Shown here in pieces: positions 20,774 through 31,029 of a DNA stretch of 64,000 nt. The notes beneath the pieces were generated by a model. The model searched no databases and was not told the DNA's origin. It saw nothing but the letters and a program-made list of their open reading frames with translations. The DNA comes from Candidatus Bathyarchaeota archaeon (lineage in GTDB: Archaea > Thermoproteota > Bathyarchaeia > Bathyarchaeales > Bathycorpusculaceae), in contig OY969706.1 of the NCBI GenBank assembly GCA_963702095.1, forward strand, positions 1,376,001 to 1,440,000, written 5' to 3'. Every line of letters begins with the position of its first letter. Position 1 is the stretch's first letter. Both the position numbers and the translations under genes were made by a program.

Positions 20774-21442
20774 TTGGCTGTGGAATCAGCGTTGGAAAAA
20801 AAACCTGACGTTCAAAGCGAATGGCAAACAAAGAAACATGCACTCAAATACTTATCTAGAGCGCATAAGCTGCCGCATAGAGGTGAAGGCGAAAGAGTGC
20901 TTTTAGAACAGATACCCCCGGATGCTGAGCGGGTTTTGGATTTAGGTGCTGGCGACGGCAGATTGCTTTCGCTTGTATTGGCAAGTAATCCCTCGATCAA
21001 GGAGGGTGTGGCTCTGGATTTCTCTGACCCCATGATAACCCGAGCTCAAAGCCGGTTTCAAGGCGACACCCGAGTCAGAATTGTTAAGCATGACTTTAGC
21101 CTGCCGTTTCCAAGTGACTTGGGCTGCTTTGACGCCATCGTTTCAAGTTTAGCCATACACCACTTAACCCACGAAAGAAAGAGACAACTCTACACTGAAT
21201 TTTTTAGCCATCTGAACCGCGGCGGCGTCTTCTGCAATTTGGAGCATGTTTCTTCGCCTACTGAGCGATTGCATCGTAGGTTTTTTTCGGCGATTGGGCA
21301 GTTGCCCGAAAAAGAGGATCCGTCAAACAAGCTTTTGGATGTGGAGACGCAACTGTGTTGGCTGAGGGAAATCAGGTTTGTGGATGTTGATTGTTACTGG
21401 AAATGGCTCGAGCTGGCTCTTTTAGTTGGGGTTAAGCCCTGA
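20774..21442 (+). CDS. Class I SAM-dependent methyltransferase
   Basis: VLDLGAGDG, LDFS..M, FDAIVSSLAIHHL, L..GG. Confidence 0.9.
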   Translation: MAVESALEKKPDVQSEWQTKKHALKYLSRAHKLPHRGEGERVLLEQIPPDAERVLDLGAGDGRLLSLVLASNPSIKEGVALDFSDPMITRAQSRFQGDTRVRIVKHDFSLPFPSDLGCFDAIVSSLAIHHLTHERKRQLYTEFFSHLNRGGVFCNLEHVSSPTERLHRRFFSAIGQLPEKEDPSNKLLDVETQLCWLREIRFVDVDCYWKWLELALLVGVKP

Positions 21443-21540
21443 TTTTCTTGGGGCGTTTTTTGGCTTGAGCTTTGTTGGTTGATGGAAAGTATTAATAACT
21501 TGTTATTCGAAAACAGAGTAACCGAGGAGTTAAAAAAGGC

Positions 21541-22053
21541 ATGACAACATCGGATCAAATTAACTGGACAAACTGGATCTACCGTTTAATCGCCCTTATA
21601 ATCGACAGCATCATCGCCTACATACCTGCATGGATAATCTACGCATTTTTAATTTCGCCGCTTCTATGGACCACAACCAGTTTCTACGGAGTCACCTATG
21701 TCGCCGCGCCGTTGTGGGGTGCAGTACTGCTCTCGCCCCTAATCTATGGCATTATCCTAGTGCCTTATAGTGCAATCTTGGAATTGACTTGGAACGGCCA
21801 AACCGTAGGCAAACGAATAATGGGCTTGCAAGTTCGCACCACAAACGGAGGCGCCAGAACATTCGGCACAGAATTCATCCGCAACCTCTCGAAAATCTAT
21901 TGGCTGCTACTGCTCCTAGATTGGCTTCTTGCGATAATCTCGACAAGCAAACAACAAAAGTACACCGACCGCATGGCAAACACCATCGTTCTCCCAATTA
22001 GGCAAGCACAAACATCTCCGCCGCCCCCACCGCCGCCTCCACCACCAACCTAA
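21541..22053 (+). CDS. RDD family membrane protein with poly-Pro tail
   Basis: RLIALIID, GQTVGKRIMGLQV, RN, D..A.TIV. Confidence 0.88.
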   Translation: MTTSDQINWTNWIYRLIALIIDSIIAYIPAWIIYAFLISPLLWTTTSFYGVTYVAAPLWGAVLLSPLIYGIILVPYSAILELTWNGQTVGKRIMGLQVRTTNGGARTFGTEFIRNLSKIYWLLLLLDWLLAIISTSKQQKYTDRMANTIVLPIRQAQTSPPPPPPPPPPT

Positions 22054-22087
22054 AACAAACCTCTCTTCTTTTTTCTTCAACTGCACC

Positions 22088-23617
22088 TTATTTTCGATGT
22101 TTTTTCAACACTATAGCCGATAATAAAGTCGCCGCTGTCATCAGTGAAGCAATTATGGTGATTTCAAATATCATACCAGTTGTTACGTCGTTTGTCTTTA
22201 TGGGGTTTGTGGGTATGGGTGTTGGTTGGGTGGGGTTTGGCGTAGGAGGCTGGATTGAAGGTGTTGGGGTTGGGGTTGCTGTGGGTTTTGGTGTATGTGT
22301 TGGGGCGGGGTTGTTGGATAGGGGTATTGAGGTGGCTTGGGGGGTAGGGGTTACTGGTGTAGTGGGGGTGGGTGTTTCTGTGGGGGTAGGGGTTGGTGTG
22401 GGCGGTGTTTGTGTCGGTTGGGGCGTTGGCGATGGGGTAGGGGTGGGGGTTGGAGTTGGGGCAGGTGTAGGAGAAGGCGTTGGCGTAGGCGAGGGCGTTG
22501 GAGGGGGTGGAAGCGGCGGCCCATCTTTTATCAAGTATGGGTAACCGGTTGTTAATGTGGCAAAAACTACGCCGCTGCGCGGATGCACGGTAAACATGTT
22601 CCAGCGGTCATCCGACGATCCAATGCTAAGAGCAGCCAAAACCCTCCATGTTAACCCGTCGGCGCTGGCAACAGTTCGGGTTACGCCATTCTCTGATTCT
22701 GCACAGTTCCCAAAAACCAAGGTGCCGTTGAATAGTATCCCGGACATAAAAGGCATGCAGCCATCGCTGGGCGGAGTATACACGACTTGAGGAGTCACCG
22801 TGCCGGCGCGTCCATCGTCTAAGAAGCGGTGGATTTGGCAAACCCTGTTCGGGTAATCTTGACCCACATAAACGTAGTTACCTACAAACGCCATGCCTAA
22901 GTAAACAGTGCCCAACGCGTCGTTTCGATCTACTAGGAGACTCCATGTGGCGCCGTAGTCTTTGCTGCGGAAGATTCTGGCGGCATCCAGATAATTGGTG
23001 ACTGGGCTGGGTTCTCCAGTGACCAGATAGAGGTAGCCGTTGGAAGGGTTAAATCGGATATTGTGGAAATGGACAACATTGAAGTTGCCGATTTTAACCC
23101 AGGATGCGCCGCCGTTACTGCTTTTTAGCACTATGGGCACAGCATAGCCGCTTGTGTAAGTGACTGTGTAGAGGCTGCCTTGGTTGTCCTCGGTCATTGA
23201 GATATAGAAGGATTCGCTGCGGGTTCCGTTTGTGTTAAGGACCTGCGAGAAGTTGGCGCCGCCGTTGGTGGAGCGGTAGAGAGCGTTAGTGCCGCCTGCG
23301 CTGACAAATATGTAGCCTCTGGAGTCAACAAACACGTTCCAAACTAAACCTGAGTATGGGCTGCTGGGGTCTAAGGCGCCGGGTATGCGGTAAACGGATT
23401 GGAAAGTTGCGCCGTTATCGGTGCTTTTCCACAGCGTGAAGCTTTTGTCCCCTGCCCAGATGACTCCGTTGCCGTCAACGTCGTTACCGACGAAGCTAAG
23501 CGTTGTTCCCACGGTTGCTATTTGGATTTCCGCCTCAGCAGACGACATATTAGAAAAGAGAAAACATGAACCTAAAATTAGAACAGCTAAAAAAGCGTAA
23601 CCCGTCTTTTTATCCAT
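22088..23617 (-). CDS. Surface BNR/Asp-box (sialidase-like) beta-propeller protein with Pro/Thr linker and C-terminal anchor
   Basis: Repeated SxDxGxTW-like boxes ([39 protein letters not shown]); signal peptide; PT repeats; TM helix plus KKHRK. Confidence 0.85.
   Translation of the reverse strand: MDKKTGYAFLAVLILGSCFLFSNMSSAEAEIQIATVGTTLSFVGNDVDGNGVIWAGDKSFTLWKSTDNGATFQSVYRIPGALDPSSPYSGLVWNVFVDSRGYIFVSAGGTNALYRSTNGGANFSQVLNTNGTRSESFYISMTEDNQGSLYTVTYTSGYAVPIVLKSSNGGASWVKIGNFNVVHFHNIRFNPSNGYLYLVTGEPSPVTNYLDAARIFRSKDYGATWSLLVDRNDALGTVYLGMAFVGNYVYVGQDYPNRVCQIHRFLDDGRAGTVTPQVVYTPPSDGCMPFMSGILFNGTLVFGNCAESENGVTRTVASADGLTWRVLAALSIGSSDDRWNMFTVHPRSGVVFATLTTGYPYLIKDGPPLPPPPTPSPTPTPSPTPAPTPTPTPTPSPTPQPTQTPPTPTPTPTETPTPTTPVTPTPQATSIPLSNNPAPTHTPKPTATPTPTPSIQPPTPNPTQPTPIPTNPIKTNDVTTGMIFEITIIASLMTAATLLSAIVLKKHRK
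22210..22520 (-). repeat. Low-complexity (Pro-Thr)n coding repeat
   Basis: PTPSPTPTP.. linker within 22088-23617. Confidence 0.85.
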
Positions 23618-23777
23618 AAACCAACACTCGATTTCTAATAAAAACATCGCCAACTATGCTGCAAGCAATAGATTTGCGCAATAGCAAAAAAGCTACTAGT
23701 AGAGTGCTTTTTGAAACTTATAAAAATGCTTTTAGGGCACCCATTCGATGCCTCAAACAACTAAGCCGTGGGTGATT

Positions 23778-24104
23778 TTACTTGAAGGTTTCAAGCCACT
23801 TTTCCAGTTGAGTGGCGTTTAAACCCAAGCCTAGTTTTCCGTCAAGGCGTTTTTGGACTTTGCCGTCTTTGAAGCAAATGATTGTGGGAACTGCGGAGAT
23901 GCCGTATTGGTCCCAGAGGGGGTTGTCATCGTCGTCTACGACTACGTGAAGAACGGTTCCAACGTTTATGGATGATATTTTTTGGTCGAAGACTGGGACA
24001 AAACGGTTGCAGTAGGGGCACCATGAAGAATAAAATATCGCCATAACCTCAGAGTTCTGTGCGAGTTCGGCGTCGAGTTCTTTTTTACTGCTGATTTTGT
24101 TCAT
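23778..24104 (-). CDS. Thioredoxin family protein
   Basis: FYSSWCPYC active site; cis-Pro motif VPTII. Confidence 0.9.
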   Translation of the reverse strand: MNKISSKKELDAELAQNSEVMAIFYSSWCPYCNRFVPVFDQKISSINVGTVLHVVVDDDDNPLWDQYGISAVPTIICFKDGKVQKRLDGKLGLGLNATQLEKWLETFK

Positions 24105-24206
24105 CGGTATCCTTCTGTTTAATCGGTTTTGTGTTTCATAAACATGCCGACCCAAAAACGCAGGGGAAGCTACAACTAAAATACTCCCCGCCCCAACAAT
24201 AATGCG

Positions 24207-24926
24207 ATGAAACCAAAAAGCTACAGACGCGGCTACCCAGTCGCGATTTTAATCGGCGTAGAAATGGACCACGCGGCAATCTGGCAAATCTACAGCCAAG
24301 TCGCCAAATCCCAACAAACTATACTCCTAACCGGCGGCAGACGTGAGCAGAAAGCACTCTACAACTTCCACGAAAACATCGTAAACGCGCTTCGACCCAA
24401 CTTCAAAGAAGGCGTAAGAAGCATCGTTGTAGCTTCGCCGCCAAGAACCCCCTACGCAGAAGACCTCAAAAACCACATAGTAGCCCACCACAACTGGCTT
24501 CTCTCAGGCTCCAACCGCGCCACCATCTCCTTGATTGTGGGCTCCGCAAGTTCGCCGCCCCAAGTAGCTGCCTTAACCCAGAAAGCCGAGTTCAAAAAGC
24601 TTATTGAGGCGAACGCGCAACAGGAAACCGAGGACCTTCTTGAAATTCTCGAAAAACGCCTCACCACAACGGAGCTCGTGCATTTCTCGCTGCAGGAAGC
24701 CGAAAACCTCATCTTAAACACGCAGCCACCGGGAAAACCCCAACCCGAATACCTCCTCCTAACAAACACTTACCTCGCGAGCGCTCGCCAAAAAAACCGC
24801 GTCCACCGCCTGATGCAGATTGCACAAAACAAACAGGTTAAAACACGTGTAATCGACGCTGAATCCAACGCTGGAGCCCGCTTAACCCAGTTGGGCGGCA
24901 TTGTATGTTTAACAAAAAGGGCGTAA
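24207..24926 (+). CDS. Pelota/aRF1-like protein (middle and C-terminal domains only)
   Basis: IVVASPP resembles pelota IIIAGPG; C-terminal TRVIDAESNAGARLTQLGGIVCL matches pelota VTVVSTEHEAGFKLVSLGGIAAL at 45244-46338. Confidence 0.7.
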   Translation: MKPKSYRRGYPVAILIGVEMDHAAIWQIYSQVAKSQQTILLTGGRREQKALYNFHENIVNALRPNFKEGVRSIVVASPPRTPYAEDLKNHIVAHHNWLLSGSNRATISLIVGSASSPPQVAALTQKAEFKKLIEANAQQETEDLLEILEKRLTTTELVHFSLQEAENLILNTQPPGKPQPEYLLLTNTYLASARQKNRVHRLMQIAQNKQVKTRVIDAESNAGARLTQLGGIVCLTKRA

Positions 24927-25664
24927 TTAGAGGAAGCCTTCTTTTTTGAGGTCGGCGATGGAGATTTTACCACTGTGAAGCGCTGTGGCAACTAAGACGC
25001 CCTCAACCCCCAATGAGCGCAGCTCAACCAAATCATCCATACCTCGCACGCCGCCGCCCACGTAAACATCGACCATTGTCTCCTCAATCATCTCCTCAAT
25101 TAAAGCTGTATCAACGCCTAACCCGCTGCCTACCCGAGCCAAATCCAACACAATAACACCTTCAACGCCCATGTCCTCAAACTTCTGCACCAACGACAAA
25201 GGGTTGCCAGAGCCGTCAAAACCCTCCTTAGCGAGCAGTTTGCCGTTCTTCAAATCCAAACTGACGACGACGCTGTCGCCGCCAAAATGTTTCACGGCTT
25301 CTTCGACAAACGCCATGCTTTCTAGGGTTTCTGTGCCCACGATTAGCTTTGAAACGCCGCTGTCAAGCAGTTTTTGGGCGCGGTCTACGCTTGTTATGCC
25401 TGCGTCAACCATCAGCGTTTGCCCTGTTTGGGCGATTTGGTTGAGGGTGTTAAAGTCGTTTGTGCAGTCGATGATAGCATCTAAATCGGCGATGTATAAC
25501 TCGTTGAACCCCCAAGCGTGGAGGGCTTTGGCGACTTCCATGGGCTGGGTAGAATTGACTAAGCTACTTTGCAGCGGTTTGTATTGGCTCCGTTCTCCCT
25601 TAACAGCGTGGACGACTAAGCCGTTTAGGATATCGATTACAGGTATGACCTTCAAGTCTGCCAC
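24927..25664 (-). CDS. HisA/HisF-related TIM-barrel protein (type linked to C1-transfer gene clusters)
   Basis: IPVIDI..G.VVHAVKGER..Y.P, LYIADLDAI, LDLARVGSG.G, GGGVR, VATALH; lacks canonical HisA motifs. Confidence 0.8.
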   Translation of the reverse strand: MADLKVIPVIDILNGLVVHAVKGERSQYKPLQSSLVNSTQPMEVAKALHAWGFNELYIADLDAIIDCTNDFNTLNQIAQTGQTLMVDAGITSVDRAQKLLDSGVSKLIVGTETLESMAFVEEAVKHFGGDSVVVSLDLKNGKLLAKEGFDGSGNPLSLVQKFEDMGVEGVIVLDLARVGSGLGVDTALIEEMIEETMVDVYVGGGVRGMDDLVELRSLGVEGVLVATALHSGKISIADLKKEGFL

Positions 25665-26687
25665 AACATTAGTAGATGCCTATGGGTACAAAAACCTAGC
25701 CGTTTTGTTTTGCTCGGATTGTTCACATTTCTAGGTGATGCGTTAGAAAAGTCAGGGTCTAAGTAGGATTACAACTGCATGCTTTCCATAGAATTGATAC
25801 TGATGTCGCTGTCACAGCCTTAGGCAAAGTAGATTTAGGCGGCATCTACCCTACTTATTATTGCCTTTAAATTAACCCTTGTGAATGGGTGTCTTTTACA
25901 TACGGAAAGAGGAGTCTTCAGGAAAAAGCATTAAGCTATTAAACGCTGTAATTGGTCTTTGGCGATCAATATACTTGACAAGATTAAGAGTAACCTTGAG
26001 GGCGCATTGAATACTCATAAGGGCGCTTCTATTTCAACGACTGAAAAAATGTAGTCTAAATGTTTAACAGACCTTTTGGTTGCTCGCTTCCAGTTTTTTA
26101 CCTATATGGTTTTTTTCTAATTTTGAAAAGGAATATAACAGTAAAAGGGTCAAAACCCACACCTTTCAGCTTTGACTTCTGCTGGCTGTGTTTGTCTTTT
26201 TTGCTTGGTTTTTTGTTTGCGGAGATTCTTTATAGGGGTTGGGATGTTGGGTGCTTGGATGTTGAGATATGGCTTGATTTTAGCGTATGGGCCATGCCTA
26301 GTGCCGACCTCATTGTGCTGTTCATTTGTCTTCTGTTGTTTGCAAACAAATTCAGGACATTACAAAACATATTTGGATCCAAATAGCATATCTATGCAGA
26401 AACCTATAGAGGGGTCTATCTGACGATAAAAACCACAGAGAGGTAGGTCCTATTGGTGGAAAAAGCAGCCATTAAATGTTGAAAAATCCCGCTTTTAAAC
26501 AAGGAGGTAGCGGCAGAGCAACAGACGCCTTTCTTTTGGGATGGGTACCTTGCAAAGTGAAGGGGTCTTATCCGAGTACGTGAATGTATAGTTTGACTTT
26601 TGCAGGCTTTTACTATCCCGCTTTCGTCAACTGAACAGTAAAATTGCCAAAACCAATAATTACCCCGCTTGCTCCAAGACTCTACTT

Positions 26688-27269
26688 ATGAAACAGGTTA
26701 TCCTCATCACAGGCACACCCTGCGTCGGCAAAACCACCACCGCCAAAGCCCTAGCCGAAAAACTCAGCGCAGAATATATCAACCTCACCGACTACGCCAA
26801 AACCAACCATTTAACGTTGGGCGAGGACAAAGAACGCCACACCACCATAATCGACGAGATTGCAATGCGCCAAAAACTCTGTGAATCCATAGCCGCCAGC
26901 AGCAAAGACGCCGTCATAATCGACGGACACTACGCAGCCGCCGTCACCCCCACCGAACTTGTCACGCAGGTGTTTGTACTGAGGCGGAACCCCATTGAGC
27001 TCAAACAGCAAATGGTAAACTGCGGATTTAGCCCCTCAAAAACCGACGAAAACCTCACCGCAGAAATCCTCGACAGCTGCCTAATCGAAGCCATCGAAAA
27101 CCAGGAAGGAAAAGTCTGTGAACTCGACGTTTCAGGGCAAACAACCGAAGACATTGTGGATGTGCTGCTGGATGTACTCAGAAATGGGCGCAAATGCTAC
27201 AGTGGCTTTGTGGATTGGCTCGGAATGCTGGAGCGGGAAGGATTAACTGACCAGTACCTCAAGGTTTAG
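26688..27269 (+). CDS. Adenylate kinase, AK6/Fap7-like
   Basis: ITGTPCVGKTT Walker A; IIDGH motif; EN..AEILD. Confidence 0.88.
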   Translation: MKQVILITGTPCVGKTTTAKALAEKLSAEYINLTDYAKTNHLTLGEDKERHTTIIDEIAMRQKLCESIAASSKDAVIIDGHYAAAVTPTELVTQVFVLRRNPIELKQQMVNCGFSPSKTDENLTAEILDSCLIEAIENQEGKVCELDVSGQTTEDIVDVLLDVLRNGRKCYSGFVDWLGMLEREGLTDQYLKV

Positions 27270-27622
27270 CGGAAGCTGCCAAGTTTCTGTTTTGTAAGCA
27301 GGTTGATTTTTCGGCGGTTGCTGTAGCTTTTGGCGTGGTCACTGAATTTATCGCCGATCATGATGGGGCTGGATAGGTCTACGTCGTCGGAGGCAGTGTC
27401 GAGGTTTATGATGACGTTGACGCCGATAGTTCGGTTCCAATCGCGGACCCAAACGCCCTGCTCCAATCTGCCCTTCTGCACGATCAAGTCGAAGCGACGC
27501 ATGACGCCACTGTGCCCCTCCATTATGACGTTTTCAGCGTTAACTTTGTAGCCTTCCTTTTTGAAGTACCCAATCGCCAAATCAACCAGATGCGACCTTG
27601 GCTTAGACTCTTCTGTGCTCAT
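27266..27622 (-). CDS. Small restriction-endonuclease-fold (Mrr-like) protein
   Basis: YFKKEGYKV....G.SG..RRFDLIV..., FS..AK.Y....I.L pattern. Confidence 0.65.
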   Translation of the reverse strand: MSTEESKPRSHLVDLAIGYFKKEGYKVNAENVIMEGHSGVMRRFDLIVQKGRLEQGVWVRDWNRTIGVNVIINLDTASDDVDLSSPIMIGDKFSDHAKSYSNRRKINLLTKQKLGSFR

Positions 27623-27697
27623 GCCCGCTCCCTTTTCTCCCTACCAACACTGTTATCTAACTGTGTGATGAAAAGCCTTTCGGAAGCAAACCCCAAA

Positions 27698-27904
27698 ATG
27701 ACTGCAACCCTCATCGTAAAATGCACTAAATGCGGCGGCTACATGCTATGCGCTAAAACCCAGAAAACAAAACGTTGCCCCTACTGCGGCGCAAACGTCA
27801 ACCTCCAAAAAGCCCAGCAGATGGCAGCGGCAAACACAGCGTTTGAAGCCTCAGAAATCCTAAAAAAACTCAAAAACGAAAAAGGCTTCGGCGACAAACC
27901 CTAG
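27698..27904 (+). CDS. Zinc-ribbon protein (DUF1922-like)
   Basis: CTKCG....QKTKRCPYCG; ATG at 27698. Confidence 0.75.
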   Translation: MTATLIVKCTKCGGYMLCAKTQKTKRCPYCGANVNLQKAQQMAAANTAFEASEILKKLKNEKGFGDKP

Positions 27905-28840
27905 CGGATTTGGCGTAGCATCTCACAGGTTTTACATAACTCACCCGACGAGGGCTCGCCGCATTCGGCGCAGGTTCGGAAAACCTCTTTTTTGGCGGTT
28001 TCCTCGATGGCGGGCCGCAGTTTCTCGATGGCGCGGGCGACGGTGAATTTGGTCCCAACATGTTTCTCTTCCATGCGGTTAAGCATTCCGCGGATGTCAT
28101 TGCGCAATGCTTCGCCAGCGTAGGGGCAGGGGGTGTCTTGGAAAGCGATTTTTTTAACATAAGCGTAGAGGGCGCTTTCACGCTCAGGGATTTCGCAGAA
28201 GGGCTTGATTTTCTGCACAAACAGTGGGTGAACTTCGCTTGTGACCGGTTTCTCTTTGGCGAGCCGTGCGATGTCTCCGCGGAGGATGTTCATGAGCACT
28301 GTTTGGGCTTCGTCGTCGAGTGTGCTGGCCGGTGGCGATTTTTGTGGCTTTAACCTGTCGTGCGCCGACGTTTATGGCTCTGCGCCGTAGAACCCCACAG
28401 TAAGCGCACGGCGTCAGTTCCGATAAGCCTTTTTCTCGTGCTTTAGCCACTATTTCATCTAGGGTGTAACCGTACAATTCCTTGAAAGAAACAACGTGAT
28501 GGGGCACCTCAAGCTTCTCGCACATGCCCGCGGCTATGGTGAGGGCTTCGTCACGGTAGCCTTTGACGCCTTCGTCCACTGTCACCGCGGTAAGGGTGGT
28601 TTGGGGACGATATTTTCGAAGTTTTGCAAGTATGTAGAGTATGCTTAGGCTGTCTTTGCCGCCGCTGACCGCCACTGCGAGGTGGTCGTTGAATTTGAGC
28701 ATGTGGTAGCGGGTGATGGTTGAGCGGACTTTTGCTTCGATGGAGGATGCGAAGCATTTTTTGCATAATCGCTCGCCTGAGTACTGCCTATAGAAAAATG
28801 CGACGTTTTGTTTACAGACTGAGCAAACCTGTGTGTCCAA
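27901..28840 (-). CDS. tRNA 2-thiolation protein, TtuA/Ncs6 family; apparent frameshift at ~28325
   Basis: N-terminal Zn finger, PP-loop AVSGGKDS, CAYCGVLRR, CPYA, C-terminal CxxC..CxxC; removing 1 nt restores ATGHTLDDEAQT. Confidence 0.9.
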
Positions 28841-28904
28841 CGTTTTTCACAGAGTACTGTGTGGCGTGTTAAAGTAAATAAACGATGCCACAGTAACTGT
28901 TGAT

Positions 28905-29624
28905 TTGGCTGGCATAAAGATGGCGACCAAACCCGCAGCACGTAGCGAATACAGAGAAGTCACCTACACCCCTGCACGGTGGGCACGCTTAAAGCAGTTA
29001 AGGGAGAACGCCTTGCCAGTCATGACGGCGCTGGAAGCGTTTCACCTCACATCAACCGTACATGGCAGCCTTGCCCGGGGCGACGTAAAAGAAGGCAGCG
29101 ACATTGACATCTTCATCGCTGAAGTACAGAACAGTTTTCTTGTGGAAACCGCCCTGCAGAAAGCGCAGGTACCCATTGATGCTCGGCGGATTGTTCAGGC
29201 AACGCCTAACTATGCCATGAAAGCCCACATCGAAATCGACGAGGCAATAACGGTAACATTTCCTTTGATGGAGATGCGCAGAGTTGAGCGGGAGTTTTAC
29301 CGTTTCGGCGGCGAAGCAGATTTGGCGCAACTAAAAGCGGATGTACGAGTTGTTGGGGTAGATAAGCGGTTGATGCTAATCGAACCCAGTGAAAAGGGAC
29401 ATGTTGAAAGCAGTATCGTCGGCAAAGAAGAAGCCACTTCAAAACTGCTGGGTATTTCAGCGGAGACAGTGCTCGATAGGGTTCATGCTCTGCTGAAGCG
29501 TGATGCCGTTGGGCGAACAGGGGTGTTTGTTAATAAGGAGTTGACGCCTGAGGAAACATTTGAGTTTGTGTTAAAAAAGGTGTCTGAGGCAAACCCTGCG
29601 GTTCGCCGCCGAATTAAAGGATAA
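28905..29624 (+). CDS. Archaeal nucleotidyltransferase-domain protein
   Basis: HGSLARGDV...SDIDI Pol-beta motif; EREFYRFGG; GVDKRL. Confidence 0.85.
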   Translation: MAGIKMATKPAARSEYREVTYTPARWARLKQLRENALPVMTALEAFHLTSTVHGSLARGDVKEGSDIDIFIAEVQNSFLVETALQKAQVPIDARRIVQATPNYAMKAHIEIDEAITVTFPLMEMRRVEREFYRFGGEADLAQLKADVRVVGVDKRLMLIEPSEKGHVESSIVGKEEATSKLLGISAETVLDRVHALLKRDAVGRTGVFVNKELTPEETFEFVLKKVSEANPAVRRRIKG

Positions 29625-29630
29625 AAAAAT

Positions 29631-30200
29631 TTAAGATGGATAGTAGATGAGTTCTTTCTCTTCGAGTAAATGCTGGATTTTGTCGACTGCCTCGTACACT
29701 TGCTCTTCCTTCTTTGCACCGACACATACGAGTTTGCCTGCGCTAAAGATGAGGAAGACGACTTTGGGTTCAGCCATTCGGAACACTGCGCCTGGAAACT
29801 GTTCTGGCTCATACATGACTCTTTCAAGCTTGTAGACGAGGCTTTCAAGGTCAATTTCGCCGCCGAGTTCAGCTGAGGCTACGATGTTTTGGATGTTAAC
29901 GATGGGTTTCTCTGTGATTTGGATGCCTTCACCGCGGAGTTCTTTAACGACCTTTTCGACGGCACTGCGGGATTCCTTTTCAGATTTTGCGCCTGTACAG
30001 ACCATTTTACCTGTTCCGAAAATCAATGTGGCGGTTTTAGGTTTTTTTAAGCGGAAGACCAAGCCCGGAAAAACTGAGGGGTTGTATTCGGTTTGCGGGA
30101 ATTTCTCAACGATCTTCTGCAAGTCGATTTTTTGGTTAAGTGAAACTGAAGCGACAATGTTTTGTATGTTTATGATGGGTTTTCGTTTACTCATGTCCAC
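29631..30200 (-). CDS. tbp: TATA-box-binding protein
   Basis: Two repeats IQNIVAS...YxP..FPG..FR...LIF..GK.VC.GAK. Confidence 0.98.
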   Translation of the reverse strand: MDMSKRKPIINIQNIVASVSLNQKIDLQKIVEKFPQTEYNPSVFPGLVFRLKKPKTATLIFGTGKMVCTGAKSEKESRSAVEKVVKELRGEGIQITEKPIVNIQNIVASAELGGEIDLESLVYKLERVMYEPEQFPGAVFRMAEPKVVFLIFSAGKLVCVGAKKEEQVYEAVDKIQHLLEEKELIYYPS

Positions 30201-30301
30201 TCACGTGCTTCCCTATTTAAATACGATAGGCAGTATATAAAGCTCATTTATAAAGGAACAGCATTGATTGCCTTTTAAACAACACTTTTCAAGCGCAAGT
30301 A

Positions 30302-30586
30302 TCAGTGGTATGGATGAACATGTTTTATGCCATAATAGACCGCGACAACAAACAGCAAAACAAAAACTGCTTCAACAACCAAGACGATAACCAACATGTT
30401 CCTGCTATTCTCCTGCACGTTTTGCGGGGTAAAGCTGCTGACGTTGCCGTTTGTTTGCATACCCGTCGGGTTCTGGACAACAATCAGGTCGTTGATACCA
30501 CTGCCAAAAACAAAATACACTATTGGCACAACAATAATAACAACCAAAAAAACGCCTGCCAAAGCAAAAATACCTTTATTATGCAA
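30302..30586 (-). CDS. Small two-TM membrane protein
   Basis: Two hydrophobic helices. Confidence 0.6.
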   Translation of the reverse strand: MHNKGIFALAGVFLVVIIVVPIVYFVFGSGINDLIVVQNPTGMQTNGNVSSFTPQNVQENSRNMLVIVLVVEAVFVLLFVVAVYYGIKHVHPYH

Positions 30587-30643
30587 TAAAAACCCTCTAC
30601 AATATACTTCTACTTCGAAAGTAATAAGCGTTAAAATTTTGGT

Positions 30644-30720
30644 TGGTGGGCCGTACCGGATTTGAACCGGTGATCTTCGCCGCGTGAGGGCGACGTCCTA
30701 GCCAGCTAGACTAACGGCCC
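30644..30720 (-). tRNA. tRNA-Val (CAC), intron-less, CCA encoded
   Basis: GGGCCGT/ACGGCCC acceptor stem; anticodon arm TCGCC-CTCACGC-GGCGA; T-arm ACCGG-TTCAAAT-CCGGT. Confidence 0.97.
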
Positions 30721-31029
30721 AATGCTGTAGATTGTGAATACATAGTATGCTTTCATAAAACCTTTCCCTATCTAACACATAAATCAGAAGGCAAGTTGAG
30801 CTTAAAATGCCCCGATACGATGAATTTGAAGAGCATAAACACGATGGATTGTTGATTTTTATCTGTTTTTTTGGCAGTGCCCTAGCAGGATACATTTTGA
30901 TGAATCATCATGTGTTACTGGGAATATAGGCTTGTCCTAGTTAAAACTCGCTTTTTTAAGAGACTAAAAAATTTTGTCTAAAAGATTGCAAAAAAAGAAA
31001 GAGAAGAGTTTTTAGCTCTTTTTGTTTGC

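Noticed and set aside
22155-22555. Gly/Val-rich + strand ORFs and G/T-rich repeats (possible tandem array or G-quadruplex)
   Set aside because: Antisense shadow of the Pro/Thr linker in the minus-strand surface protein.
26060-26423. Hydrophobic ORFs 26060-26386 and 26172-26423
   Set aside because: T-rich low-complexity translation with no recognisable motif; two overlapping frames look equally hydrophobic.
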